Made by a program: the position numbers and the translations under genes
Shown: positions 46,918 through 57,097 of the stretch, piece by piece
How positions within the stretch are numbered: the stretch's first letter is position 1
How the letters are laid out: each line of letters opens with the position of its first letter
Assembly (NCBI GenBank): GCA_965222605.1
Contig: OZ244960.1
Location: forward strand, 800,001-864,000
Source: Candidatus Latescibacterota bacterium
GTDB lineage: Bacteria > Latescibacterota > UBA2968
Reading direction: 5' to 3'
DNA length: 64,000 nt
The notes under the pieces: model-generated
What the model saw: the letters and a program-made list of their open reading frames with translations, nothing else
Told to the model about the DNA's origin: nothing
Databases searched by the model: none

Positions 46918-49900
46918 TCACTTCTCACGTTCCGTCAATGCCTTAAAATACTCGGCAACGCGGATGCGGTATTGCTCGGGAATTTCATCCGCCTTGCCAG
47001 CGGAAAGGCCATAATCGCTTTTTTGCTCTCGAATCAGCTCCGATAACTCTTCGGCAGACAGCGTCAAAGGCTTGATCGCGCGATCAAAAATCAAATCGTA
47101 TTGCGGCACCGCTCCCTTGCGATAATAATCGCGCCCAATACCCGCCAGATCTTCGCGGATACCCGTCAAACGCTGTCGCAGATCCAAATCAGCCGGCAAA
47201 AGCGACTCGGCCTCGCGCAATCGATCCATCCAATCGCGAAAACCGCTTTCTGCAAAGCGGCGCAACGCATCGGGGCTTTGCGGTCCCCATCCAAAACGCC
47301 CATCGCGACCATCCGATTCTCCACCCATCACCCCCTCCAGACGCTCCTGCGCCCGCTCCAATGCCTCCAGATCGTCGCGCACCAGAAATTGCGCGACACC
47401 ATCGAGTTTTTCAGCCGCCTGATCCAATTTATCCGCCACATCGCGCTCGTGTTTTTCCGATGCATTCCACGCCCCCAATCTCACCAATCGCTCGCCCGCT
47501 TGCATATCTTCAAAAATGCCCTCTCGGCTCGTCTCGCGCAGCCAGTCATTGAGCTTTTGCGCCATCAATCCCTGGCTTTCAGCGGCCTTTTCTGCCAACG
47601 CACTCGCCTCCTCCATCATATCGCGGAACTCATCGGCCGCGCGTTGCTTGCCCTCGAGCATCTCTCTCAACCCACGCTCCGAATCAGACAGCGTTCCGCG
47701 TCGCGCCTGCTGATCCTGTGCCTGCGCGACCAAACCGCGCTGTTGGGCGCGCAAACTGTCCATCTTTTCTTGCAACATTTTCACGCGCTCAGCAGCCGCC
47801 CCGCGCGATAAATTGCCCAATTGCTCCTGCACATCGCGCAATGCGTCCAAAGCGCGATTGCCCGCAGCCCGTGCTCGTTGCAACTGATCGTTCTCCAGAT
47901 TTTGCGCGCTGCGACTCATTTGCCGCCGCGCACCTTCCAATTGCTCCCGCGCCCGCCGCGCCTGTTGCGGGTCCATCTCTCCAGACGCAATCTCGCCATT
48001 GACCGCATCGAGTGCGTCCATTGTCTGACGCTGCGCCTCGCGCAACTGCTCCAGGCGTCGTTCGGCCTCTTCCCGCGCTTCGCTATCCAATTTTTCCACC
48101 TCTGAAATCAACTGTGCCACATCTTCGTTAATCGCCGCCTGCCGCCTGGTCAATTCCTCAATTTTGTTTTTCGCCTCTGCCGTCTCGGCAAGTTGCTGTT
48201 GCAATGTAGATGCCTCTTCCCGAAAATCTCGCCGCTGCGCCAACTCCAGGCCATCCAACTCGCGTTGCTGGGCACCGCGCGCACCGCCGCGCTGACGCTG
48301 CCTATTTTGTACGACCTCAGCCTCTCTCGGTCTCCTCTGCAAAAGGTGCCGATAAGCGCGCTGTGCATGTCCCAATGCCCTTGCCAATGCCGCATCGGGA
48401 TCGTCAAAAGACGCCTCGCTCAGTGCCCCGATAACACCTGCAAACTCGGCTTCCAAATCCGGGGCACTATTCCTCACAGAACCCTGAACTGTCTCCTGCG
48501 CTTCAATAATAGCGTGCTTCTGCTCATCGTATTCTTCCCGGTCCATCCCCGCCGCGCCTTTACGCAAATTCCAGATCGCAATAATCACCTGTTTCTGGTC
48601 CTCTGCACCACCCCGCTGTCCCCTGCCCTGCCTCTGCTGACCGCCCTCATTGCTTATGGCATTGCGATAAAGCCGTTCAAAAGGCCGAATCTCCAAAAAA
48701 TAGGGATCCCCCAGATTCTCCACCTCAGACCGTCCGGGCTTGCCATCTTCTGCCCAAACCGTCCAGGTGATAAAATCGCCCGCCGCGAGATCCAGATCTT
48801 CCAATGCCATCGGATACTCGCCCTCGGCACTCTCTATCCGCGTTGTCTCCGTCTTAAGAGAAATCCGCACGGGATCGCGCCCTGCCACCTCGTATTGCAA
48901 ACCGTAATCCACAAGCCTGTAATCATCTTTTATCGAAAACCCAAATGCTACTTCCTCAATTGCCGTAGCTTCGTCATCCCCGCGTGGGAAACGAACCTGG
49001 ATGCGCGGCGGCTGATCGACCTTCGCCGTAATTTTATATGCGCGTGCATACTCGTTTTTTTCGCCCTCTACATCTCGCAATCCTACCTCGTATGTACCGT
49101 TCTCTGTAATAGACAGCACGCCTTCCCAAACGGCATCGTCCGATTTTTTCAACGCCATTTCTTCCCCACCATCCAATACCAGGGCTGCCTTCTCCAACAC
49201 TTTATTCACCGTCACTGACACCACCACCTCCGTGCCTTCAGGAGCCGTAATATCGCCCCCATAAGGGACCTCGCGGTCCTCCATCTCCAAATAGTCGGGA
49301 TAGCGATACAAAAGCCCAATCGACACGACTTCGGGCGGCGTCCACACCGAAAATGTATATACATCGGAACGATAAGACCCAACCTGCACCTGGTATTCTG
49401 TATCGGCATACAAATCGCGCAATTGATGGGCAAACACATCGCCAGTCTCTCCAGGCTCTAAAGGCGCGGTTTGCCAATCGCCACCCGATGTCCGCCACTG
49501 AATCGCCTTGCTCGCCCCTGTGAGATCTGTCGTCACCCACACCATCTGATGCGCCCCGCGCCGCACCCGCGCATCGCCCGGTTCAACAGTATAGGGCAAT
49601 GGCAAAGTCGGTACAAAAAACAACCGTCCCGCAATATCGCCCAGATTAACCTGCCACAACGCCACGAGCAACACAACAGCCCCCAATCCCCAAACCCCAA
49701 CAACCGCACGGCGCACACGCTTCAAAACGCGCAAATCAATCACAGGAGGAGCCTGTATCGCCGACAATTCACGCACCTGCTGAAACACCTGATCGGTCAT
49801 CCACTCGGAAACCGGCGTTGACCCGTGCAGCGACACACTACTCACAATCAGATCCTCGAGCGCGGGATGGTGTGCATCGAGAAACAGCGCGATCTGCTCT

Positions 49901-50151
49901 CGTGTCACCACCGTCCGCTGCGGCACATACAACCACTTATACCCTGCACCAACGACCAGAATAAAAAATGTTAGCACCGGCACAATCACGGGCACGCGAT
50001 CCACAAAAACCACCACAGCGCACAACCCAATCAACAAACCCAAAAACACCGCGCCAAATATCAGCCGCCCCTGCAAACGTCGCCGCCGTTCAAACTGCGC
50101 GGCCACTTCGCGGATCGCGTGTTCCAATTTAAGCGGTAGCAATGGTATCAT
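46918..50151 (-). CDS. Large membrane-anchored coiled-coil protein (DUF4175-like)
   Basis: N-terminal TMs, Ig-like region, long Q/E/R-rich helices, IPEQYR..V.EYF.AL end. Confidence 0.75.
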   Translation of the reverse strand: MIPLLPLKLEHAIREVAAQFERRRRLQGRLIFGAVFLGLLIGLCAVVVFVDRVPVIVPVLTFFILVVGAGYKWLYVPQRTVVTREQIALFLDAHHPALEDLIVSSVSLHGSTPVSEWMTDQVFQQVRELSAIQAPPVIDLRVLKRVRRAVVGVWGLGAVVLLVALWQVNLGDIAGRLFFVPTLPLPYTVEPGDARVRRGAHQMVWVTTDLTGASKAIQWRTSGGDWQTAPLEPGETGDVFAHQLRDLYADTEYQVQVGSYRSDVYTFSVWTPPEVVSIGLLYRYPDYLEMEDREVPYGGDITAPEGTEVVVSVTVNKVLEKAALVLDGGEEMALKKSDDAVWEGVLSITENGTYEVGLRDVEGEKNEYARAYKITAKVDQPPRIQVRFPRGDDEATAIEEVAFGFSIKDDYRLVDYGLQYEVAGRDPVRISLKTETTRIESAEGEYPMALEDLDLAAGDFITWTVWAEDGKPGRSEVENLGDPYFLEIRPFERLYRNAISNEGGQQRQGRGQRGGAEDQKQVIIAIWNLRKGAAGMDREEYDEQKHAIIEAQETVQGSVRNSAPDLEAEFAGVIGALSEASFDDPDAALARALGHAQRAYRHLLQRRPREAEVVQNRQRQRGGARGAQQRELDGLELAQRRDFREEASTLQQQLAETAEAKNKIEELTRRQAAINEDVAQLISEVEKLDSEAREEAERRLEQLREAQRQTMDALDAVNGEIASGEMDPQQARRAREQLEGARRQMSRSAQNLENDQLQRARAAGNRALDALRDVQEQLGNLSRGAAAERVKMLQEKMDSLRAQQRGLVAQAQDQQARRGTLSDSERGLREMLEGKQRAADEFRDMMEEASALAEKAAESQGLMAQKLNDWLRETSREGIFEDMQAGERLVRLGAWNASEKHERDVADKLDQAAEKLDGVAQFLVRDDLEALERAQERLEGVMGGESDGRDGRFGWGPQSPDALRRFAESGFRDWMDRLREAESLLPADLDLRQRLTGIREDLAGIGRDYYRKGAVPQYDLIFDRAIKPLTLSAEELSELIREQKSDYGLSAGKADEIPEQYRIRVAEYFKALTEREK

Positions 50152-52064
50152 GTCTGCACTCCCCGCGCGCTCAAATACGCGGCGTAAAAATGTTCGATTA
50201 AAAGCAAAACGATCAAAAATCCGAGTATCCAGCGACCGTATTCATACACAATCGAAAGATCAGCTAATTGTTTGCCATCTCTCTGAAATAACACGGGCGC
50301 ATCGCACAGCCGAATCTCAAATTCCGCGGGCGTTATTCGCGCCAGATCGCTTTCTCGATCCGCGACATTAACGGCTGCAATTTGCGTCTCCCACTGATAT
50401 ACGCCAGGCGCGTAAAATATGCGGGCATCGCCAACTACAAAATCCGATCCCTCTGGTCCCATAACCCGTTTCATCTCATCAGGAGCACTTATGGCATCGC
50501 CCACCAGATAATCTGTCTCAATCTCCCGATCACCGGATAAATAGCGCAACGTCTCGTGCAACAAAGGCACAAACCGCGGCGTTCGCGCCAGATTTGACCG
50601 ATCAAACCCCATCCCACCGGCCCAGATCACGATGCGACCTTCTCCTATTTTGCCTTCGACAATAGCGGGCATAAGATCGTCGTATTTTGCCAGCACCACG
50701 GCTGAACTGTCGGCGGTGAGGATGTGGTAATTTTCATAGCGCACAGATGAAAAATCGTTAAACCGCGCCCCCCTGAAAGGACGAAAAATGGGATGTTCCA
50801 AATCGACCCACGCCAGCGCGGCATACCCCGCATCCTCTACCCCTGAAACCCGGATATTCGCGCGCGCGAGCAAGGCATTCACAGACTGGATATCGGCATC
50901 CTTGCGAAGCGGCAAAAATAGCGCACCACCTGCTTCAACATATTTTACAAACTCGCTCCCAGAAGTTACATCCTCGGCAATCACTGCCGAACCCATAAGT
51001 TCTCCCGACCAGATCAAACGCCAGTCTGCGCCCTCGGACACAGCAGCCTTGAGCATAAACCGCGTGACCTCCGATGTGTTCAATACCGCGATCGGATGTC
51101 GCGGCCTGGCAATCCACGCAAAAAAACGGCGATCATCTCGCCTCAAGCCATCGCCCTGGGCAAGCGCGACATATCCGTTTATCCCATCCTCCAAAGGCGT
51201 GGAGAAAGCCACCTGCGTCGCATTGCCCTGCAACACCGTCACATCGCGCGTTTCTACCACTTCTCCATCGACCACCATTTGCACAGCAAGCGCGCCTTGC
51301 CCAGACCAATTTCTCACCCGAGCGCGAACCCGTAATACATCGTCCTTTACAGCTCGAACAGCGAGCGCGTCAACCGACGCATTGGACACAGAACTCGCCC
51401 CCACATCCACAGCTTGAAGCTCAATCGCACCCGGCAAACGCCACCCCATATCGGACAGCGGCATACCACTCGCCTGAAAATCGCTAATCACATGCACCAC
51501 GCGCTGCACCCGCGCGGTATCGGCTGCAAAAACATGCTCAACCGCCTGAAGTGCCGCAGCATAATCGGTATGTGCCCATGTCACATCGGCGATCTCAATA
51601 GCGCGTCGCACATCTGCCACATCGCCCGAAAGCGGTACATCGACCAAAGCCTGCTGTGCAAATCGCACGAACCCAACCCGGTCTCCCGGTGCCACAGTCT
51701 CCAGCACGGATTTTGCCTCTATTTTCGCGCGCTCCCACACCCCATCATATCCCATACTCAGCGAAACATCCATCGCAATCACATGATCAGTCGTCCCAGA
51801 AGACGCCGCCTCAGCATTCAACAACACATCGCGGAAAGGCCGCGCAAACGCAAGTGCCAGAGCGACCAACGCGGCCATTCGCAACAACATCAACACAATA
51901 TGTTGAACGCGCCTGCGCTCAATCACCTCGCGCTTGACATCGGGCACAAACATCAAACTGCTAAACCGCACGGTCTCGCGCTCGGGGCGGCGAATGCGAT
52001 GCACAAAATAGGGAATGCCAATCAGCGCAACACCAAATGCAAATAGCGGGACCAGCAACCCCAT
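50148..52064 (-). CDS. BatA + vWA domain protein
   Basis: IP..VH, FSSLMF, LRM..L..L..AFARP, DVSLSM, ISDFQ. Confidence 0.85.
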   Translation of the reverse strand: MGLLVPLFAFGVALIGIPYFVHRIRRPERETVRFSSLMFVPDVKREVIERRRVQHIVLMLLRMAALVALALAFARPFRDVLLNAEAASSGTTDHVIAMDVSLSMGYDGVWERAKIEAKSVLETVAPGDRVGFVRFAQQALVDVPLSGDVADVRRAIEIADVTWAHTDYAAALQAVEHVFAADTARVQRVVHVISDFQASGMPLSDMGWRLPGAIELQAVDVGASSVSNASVDALAVRAVKDDVLRVRARVRNWSGQGALAVQMVVDGEVVETRDVTVLQGNATQVAFSTPLEDGINGYVALAQGDGLRRDDRRFFAWIARPRHPIAVLNTSEVTRFMLKAAVSEGADWRLIWSGELMGSAVIAEDVTSGSEFVKYVEAGGALFLPLRKDADIQSVNALLARANIRVSGVEDAGYAALAWVDLEHPIFRPFRGARFNDFSSVRYENYHILTADSSAVVLAKYDDLMPAIVEGKIGEGRIVIWAGGMGFDRSNLARTPRFVPLLHETLRYLSGDREIETDYLVGDAISAPDEMKRVMGPEGSDFVVGDARIFYAPGVYQWETQIAAVNVADRESDLARITPAEFEIRLCDAPVLFQRDGKQLADLSIVYEYGRWILGFLIVLLLIEHFYAAYLSARGVQT

Positions 52065-52987
52065 CACACACCTCCCGACCGCCTGCTCGGCGCGATCAAC
52101 CCATCATTGCGCCGATGTAAAAACCGGTGCAGTGCCATATCCAGAGGTTCAGAACACGCGAACTCTTCAATATCGATTTCCGCTGACAAACACGCTTCTC
52201 TTATTGCATCAAAATGTCGCCTGCGATTTTCCAAATAGGCCTCTCGCACCTCCTCTGGCACGGCAAATTGTTCGCGATTGTCCTCGGCATCTACCAGCGT
52301 CACCGACCGATCAAAAGGAAACGTCTGCTCTGCCGGATCGCTCACTTGCATCACCAGCACATCGTGACGCTGCGCCCGCAGGGAACGCAAATGCAAAATC
52401 ATCTCATCTGCCGGATGCAACAAATCGCCAATCAACACCACCATACCCCTCGCAGGCAACACATCGCCCATCACGCGCAACGTCCCCGCCGTATCTGTCT
52501 CTTCACCCGCGGGTCTCAAATTGTCGATCTCTACCAAAATGCGATGCCGTTGCCCTTCTCGACGACGCGCTGGCACATGCGTAATGAGTTCCCGATGATA
52601 CGCGGCAAAACCCACGGCATCTCCCTGACTCGCCGCCAGCATCACCAGACACGCCGCCAGCATCTGTGCATACCGAAACTTGCTCACCGGCCCCGAACCA
52701 TAGTCCATAGACGCACTGCAATCCAACAAAACAGTACACCGCAAATTGCGCTCATCCTGAAACTGCTTCACGTGCAGCCGATCACTTCGGCCGTATAGCC
52801 GCCAATCGACAAAGCGCAAATCATCGCCCTGCGCATAAGGGCGATATTGGGCAAACTCGACCGACGCCCCGTGGTGAATACTGCGATGCGCCCCACCTTG
52901 CAACCCGGAAATAACCGTACGCGCCAAAAGTTCCAAATCGGCAATACGCGCCAACTCAGCCGGATCGAGATATGTGTACAAATTCAT
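52064..52987 (-). CDS. DUF58 domain protein
   Basis: EFAQYRPY..GDDLRFVDWR, LDCSASM. Confidence 0.93.
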   Translation of the reverse strand: MNLYTYLDPAELARIADLELLARTVISGLQGGAHRSIHHGASVEFAQYRPYAQGDDLRFVDWRLYGRSDRLHVKQFQDERNLRCTVLLDCSASMDYGSGPVSKFRYAQMLAACLVMLAASQGDAVGFAAYHRELITHVPARRREGQRHRILVEIDNLRPAGEETDTAGTLRVMGDVLPARGMVVLIGDLLHPADEMILHLRSLRAQRHDVLVMQVSDPAEQTFPFDRSVTLVDAEDNREQFAVPEEVREAYLENRRRHFDAIREACLSAEIDIEEFACSEPLDMALHRFLHRRNDGLIAPSRRSGGV

Positions 52988-53030
52988 GACTTCTTCACCC
53001 TATAAACTATCGCGCATCTCGTTTACCTGT

Positions 53031-53459
53031 TCATTCTTTACGTAATGGATTGTTCTCTGGAGAAATCAAATTTACAGTCGGAAAATCTGTTTTGTAGCGC
53101 GCCGCATCTCGAGTTAGCAGGGGTATTTTTTCAACTGAGGCGTGTGCGCCTATAAAAAAATCGGGTAATGGTGAACGCCGTATTCCACCGCGCTTACGAT
53201 ATGCCAAAAAAGCCTTGCCAGCTAAAAAAAGTGCTTCCTTCGGAATTTGGCGCATCTGAAATCTGCCTTCTTTGTGCACCTGCTCTAACTCTTCAATATT
53301 TTCATAACCGATTGACACCTCGGCGTAAATGATCGGATTGATGAGAAACTCGTGAGTATCACGGTACTGTCCAAGCATTTGTAAAGACCAGTCTGCCCAA
53401 ACAGGATCGTTTTCAAAGACATCTAAAATGACATTGGAATCCACGAGCATACCCGTCAT
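53031..53459 (-). CDS. vapC: VapC/PIN toxin
   Basis: LVDSNV, PDFFIGAHA, LLTRD. Confidence 0.9.
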   Translation of the reverse strand: MTGMLVDSNVILDVFENDPVWADWSLQMLGQYRDTHEFLINPIIYAEVSIGYENIEELEQVHKEGRFQMRQIPKEALFLAGKAFLAYRKRGGIRRSPLPDFFIGAHASVEKIPLLTRDAARYKTDFPTVNLISPENNPLRKE

Positions 53460-53671
53460 TTTTCGCCCCGGGTCAATGCCATAATCTCATCGGTTGTCAT
53501 TTTGATCGTAGCAGACCCCAACAGACTCTTATAAGGATTTCCCTTTGATTTTTTTATCAGATAAACACGGCCATTTTCTTCCACAAAATCAACTTCTGAT
53601 TTTGGCCCAATTTCCAATACTTCACGCACCTTTTTTGGAATGGTCACCTGTCCTTTACTCGTCACACGCAT
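53456..53671 (-). CDS. AbrB/MazE-type antitoxin
   Basis: MRVTSKGQVTIPK.VR. Confidence 0.9.
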   Translation of the reverse strand: MRVTSKGQVTIPKKVREVLEIGPKSEVDFVEENGRVYLIKKSKGNPYKSLLGSATIKMTTDEIMALTRGEK

Positions 53672-53826
53672 CGCTCACTCTCCTGAAAAGTGATATGTAT
53701 GCATCAGTTATATTTGTAAAATATGCAAAAATGGGCTTTAATATCACAGAAATTTCGGGACTATTGTATATTGTTCTACAAAAAAACGTCTATTACCTGT
53801 TTAGAATCAATTGAAGGAGTAAACCT

Positions 53827-55113
53827 ATGATTGAAGTGCTCTCCAAACCTGCTGATCAAATCAGCATCAACGATATTGAATCGTTGATTGATTCGCAAGT
53901 TCCTGAAGGTGAACAAATCGAGTTCAAAGAAAACCTGCCAGCGAAGAAAGGTAACACCGATCCCTGGATCGCAGGCAAGAACCAAATTGGAGACCGAGCA
54001 AAAAACGAGATACTTGAGGAAGTTGTCGCCTTCGCAAATGCGTATGGTGGCGTTTGCCTGCTGGGTATAAAAGAGTCCCGTACGAAACCGCCAGTTGCTG
54101 CCGAAATTTCACCAATTCCGCGATGTGCAGAGTTAGCAGAAAGCCTGAAGTTGGTATTCCGCGACTGTGTGGATCCCCAACTTCCTCAGATCGAAGTTAT
54201 CCCAATAAAGACCGATAGTGAAAGCGGTGTAATCATAATCCGCGTTGGGCAATCCCGTCTGGCCCCTCATCGCGTTACAAGAACTCTTGTCTGTCCCATC
54301 AGACGATCTGATCGGTGTGAAAAAATGTCAATGCGAGAAATCCAAGACATGACACTGAACATATCACGCGGACTCGAACGGTTGAAAGAACGACTTTCGG
54401 AACGCTCGGAACGATTTCAGCAGGAATTCGAACACATTCACGAACCAGAAAAATCGTTTGGTATCCGAGCAACAGCCATACCCGTGGGAGACGAAATTCA
54501 ATTTGACCGCATTTTCCGCCAAGGTCGAATCATCGACGATCTCTCTGAACCGTGGCTACAAGCCTTGCACAGGAAAGATGGCACACAAATATACAATAAT
54601 CCCCATACCGAACCTATCCATTGGCGACCAATACTACGCGGTGCCCGGGCGGAACTCTATAGCGAGGAAACTCATCCCCATAAGCTGTCTGAACATATCT
54701 ACCGAGAAATTCACTGCGACGGACTAATTGAGTTGGGACATTTATCGGGGACTTATACGCATCAGGAAAGGGAAATCCTTTCCCTCCCGCCAGCTTATCC
54801 GCTCGTTCTATTTGCGAACTTGATTGCTCAAGCCCATCGTTTGAGAAATCAAGCCGGTGTTCCTATCGCGGAATATGCTGTTGAGGTGGAAATACATGTT
54901 AAAGGAGTCCCTGCAATAGTGCCATGGAATAGATATCGTATATCGTCAGGGAAATTAGCTCCAGGCACGATAACATTCCCTCGCTACTCGCTCGGTGATT
55001 CCAACGAGAGCAATGATCTCCTTAATCTATTTTACCGAGATTTCTTGAATTCTCTTGGTCAAGACATCGGTCCTGAGGAAAACCCGTTAGCGATACCGGA
55101 TTGGACCAATTGA
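53827..55113 (+). CDS. AlbA_2 (Schlafen-like) domain protein with unknown C-terminus
   Basis: EGEQIEFKE, VVAFANAYGG..LLGI.E, APH. Confidence 0.85.
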   Translation: MIEVLSKPADQISINDIESLIDSQVPEGEQIEFKENLPAKKGNTDPWIAGKNQIGDRAKNEILEEVVAFANAYGGVCLLGIKESRTKPPVAAEISPIPRCAELAESLKLVFRDCVDPQLPQIEVIPIKTDSESGVIIIRVGQSRLAPHRVTRTLVCPIRRSDRCEKMSMREIQDMTLNISRGLERLKERLSERSERFQQEFEHIHEPEKSFGIRATAIPVGDEIQFDRIFRQGRIIDDLSEPWLQALHRKDGTQIYNNPHTEPIHWRPILRGARAELYSEETHPHKLSEHIYREIHCDGLIELGHLSGTYTHQEREILSLPPAYPLVLFANLIAQAHRLRNQAGVPIAEYAVEVEIHVKGVPAIVPWNRYRISSGKLAPGTITFPRYSLGDSNESNDLLNLFYRDFLNSLGQDIGPEENPLAIPDWTN

Positions 55114-55196
55114 GAATTGGAAAAAAGGCATGCCAAGGACAATCGTTTCTGAAATTCTTTATCTGTTTCCAGTGGTCGAACTCATAGTCACTGCCC

Positions 55197-56225
55197 CTAC
55201 ACCAGATCCGCCTCTGGCGGTTGAACGGTCTCCAGCAGCCGGTTGATGACATCCTCGGCATTTACGCGATCGGCTTCAGCTCTAAAATTGGTCAAAATGC
55301 GGTGGCGCAACACATTGGGCGCAACCGCCTGAATATCGCCAAAAGAAACGTGATATCGCCCCTTGAGCAGTGCCCGCGCCTTCGCCCCCAGCAACAACCC
55401 CTGCACACCGCGTGTGCCAGCGCCCCAACTCACCCATGAAGTCACAAAATCCGGCGCCGTATCGCCCGGGCGACTCGCCTGCACCAGTTGCACCGCATAA
55501 CGCGCCACAGGCTCGGCAATGGGAACCATCCTCACCAACCGGGCAAAATCGAGCATATCTGCACCCGAAAACACAGGCTCGACTTCCTCAGCATCAATCG
55601 ACGTCGTGCGCGTAGCCACGTCTAATTCCTCATCTTCCGTCAAATAATCAATCCAGATATTCATCATAAAGCGATCCAACTGCGCCTCGGGCAAAGGATA
55701 GGTCCCCTCCAACTCAATGGGATTCTGCGTCGCCAAAACGTAAAACGGTTGCTCCAGCGCGTGCAACCGCCCCCCTATCGTCACCTGCTTCTCCTCCATC
55801 GCCTCCAGCAGTGCGGCCTGCGTCTTGGGCGGCGTGCGGTTAATCTCATCCGCCAGCAAAATATGCGTAAAAACAGGCCCCGAAATAAACCGCAACTCGC
55901 GATGCCCACCCACGCGATCCTCGTCGATAATCTCTGTACCCGTTATATCCGAAGGCATCAGATCCGGCGTAAATTGAACGCGCTTAAAATCCAAATCCAA
56001 AATTTTCGCAATCGTGCGCACCAGCAGCGTCTTCGCCAAACCCGGCGCCCCCGTCAACAAACAATGACCGCCGCTAAACAACACAATCAACAGCGACTCA
56101 ATAACCTCATCCTGCCCGACGATCACCTTGCGAATCTGCTCCATCATCCGCGCTCGACCCTCGCGCAACCTGCCTATCGCCTCGGCTTCAAATGGCATTT
56201 CTCGTTCTTGAATAGTCTCTCCCAA
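55197..56225 (-). CDS. MoxR-family AAA+ ATPase
   Basis: GAPGLAKT, RVQFTPDLMPSDITG, DEINR, ATQNP, PEAQLDRF. Confidence 0.95.
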   Translation of the reverse strand: MGETIQEREMPFEAEAIGRLREGRARMMEQIRKVIVGQDEVIESLLIVLFSGGHCLLTGAPGLAKTLLVRTIAKILDLDFKRVQFTPDLMPSDITGTEIIDEDRVGGHRELRFISGPVFTHILLADEINRTPPKTQAALLEAMEEKQVTIGGRLHALEQPFYVLATQNPIELEGTYPLPEAQLDRFMMNIWIDYLTEDEELDVATRTTSIDAEEVEPVFSGADMLDFARLVRMVPIAEPVARYAVQLVQASRPGDTAPDFVTSWVSWGAGTRGVQGLLLGAKARALLKGRYHVSFGDIQAVAPNVLRHRILTNFRAEADRVNAEDVINRLLETVQPPEADLV

Positions 56226-56242
56226 AAATCACCTCAATTATT

Positions 56243-57097
56243 TTAATGCGTCAGCGCATACACCACAATATTAATACCCATCGGATACGCCTTGGGCGCG
56301 GAAAAATTGCGAAAATACTCGTAATTCTCGCCCTCGCGCTCCCAGCCATCGCCCAAATCCGTATTGTGCATCACCACGACCATCAACCGCCCATCCCGAT
56401 CAAAAATGCCCTTGCAGTGCGCCTCAGAACCGTATTCGGCATAGCGCCCGGCCCAACCCTCATACGTCAAACCAGTCGTTTGCCAGTCCCAGAAACTGCC
56501 CAGACCCGGCACTTGCGGCACCTCCTTAATATCAAACACAATGTGAAACAGCTCGTGATCCAGCGGAATATCCACCAGGGAAAATTCATCGGGCGGCAAC
56601 ACCTGAGAAATCTCGTACTCCCAATTTCGCCACGCATCATCCCCCCAGAAATCATCCACGAGCAAAAAACCACCGCGCAACAAATAATCGCGCAACCCCT
56701 CCTGCTCGGACACACTCAGCGCCATCCGCCCCACTTCGAGCATATAAATAAAAGGATACTTAAACACCTCGGGATCATCGAGACGCACAACCACATGCTT
56801 AAACCGCCCGTCTTCTGTGCGATTGACATTGAGCGTTGTAATTTGAGATAACCGCAAAGAAAAATTCTCATCCGACTCGGGATAATCCACTGACCAACTG
56901 CCCCGCCGCCGCCGATATCCCCAATCATCATCGCCCGTGTAATTCGAATACTCGATGCGACAAAACGTAAACGTATTACCCGGGAAAATATCGCGTTCCA
57001 TCCGCTCGATAGGACCTCGACGTCTGCGCCCAAACTGTGCATCGACATCCCACTCGGGCATCAACAGCACCAACAAACACGCCAGCAAAATTCGCAT
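56243..57097 (-). CDS. DUF4159 domain protein
   Basis: Signal peptide, W..DYP, GGFL.VDDF, NTDLGDGWE, GIN...YALTH. Confidence 0.88.
   Translation of the reverse strand: MRILLACLLVLLMPEWDVDAQFGRRRRGPIERMERDIFPGNTFTFCRIEYSNYTGDDDWGYRRRRGSWSVDYPESDENFSLRLSQITTLNVNRTEDGRFKHVVVRLDDPEVFKYPFIYMLEVGRMALSVSEQEGLRDYLLRGGFLLVDDFWGDDAWRNWEYEISQVLPPDEFSLVDIPLDHELFHIVFDIKEVPQVPGLGSFWDWQTTGLTYEGWAGRYAEYGSEAHCKGIFDRDGRLMVVVMHNTDLGDGWEREGENYEYFRNFSAPKAYPMGINIVVYALTH

Noticed and set aside
52984-53010. Possible duplicate of the moxR end plus DUF58 start (vs 55165-55208)
   Set aside because: Only TAGGG...ATGA shared; too weak
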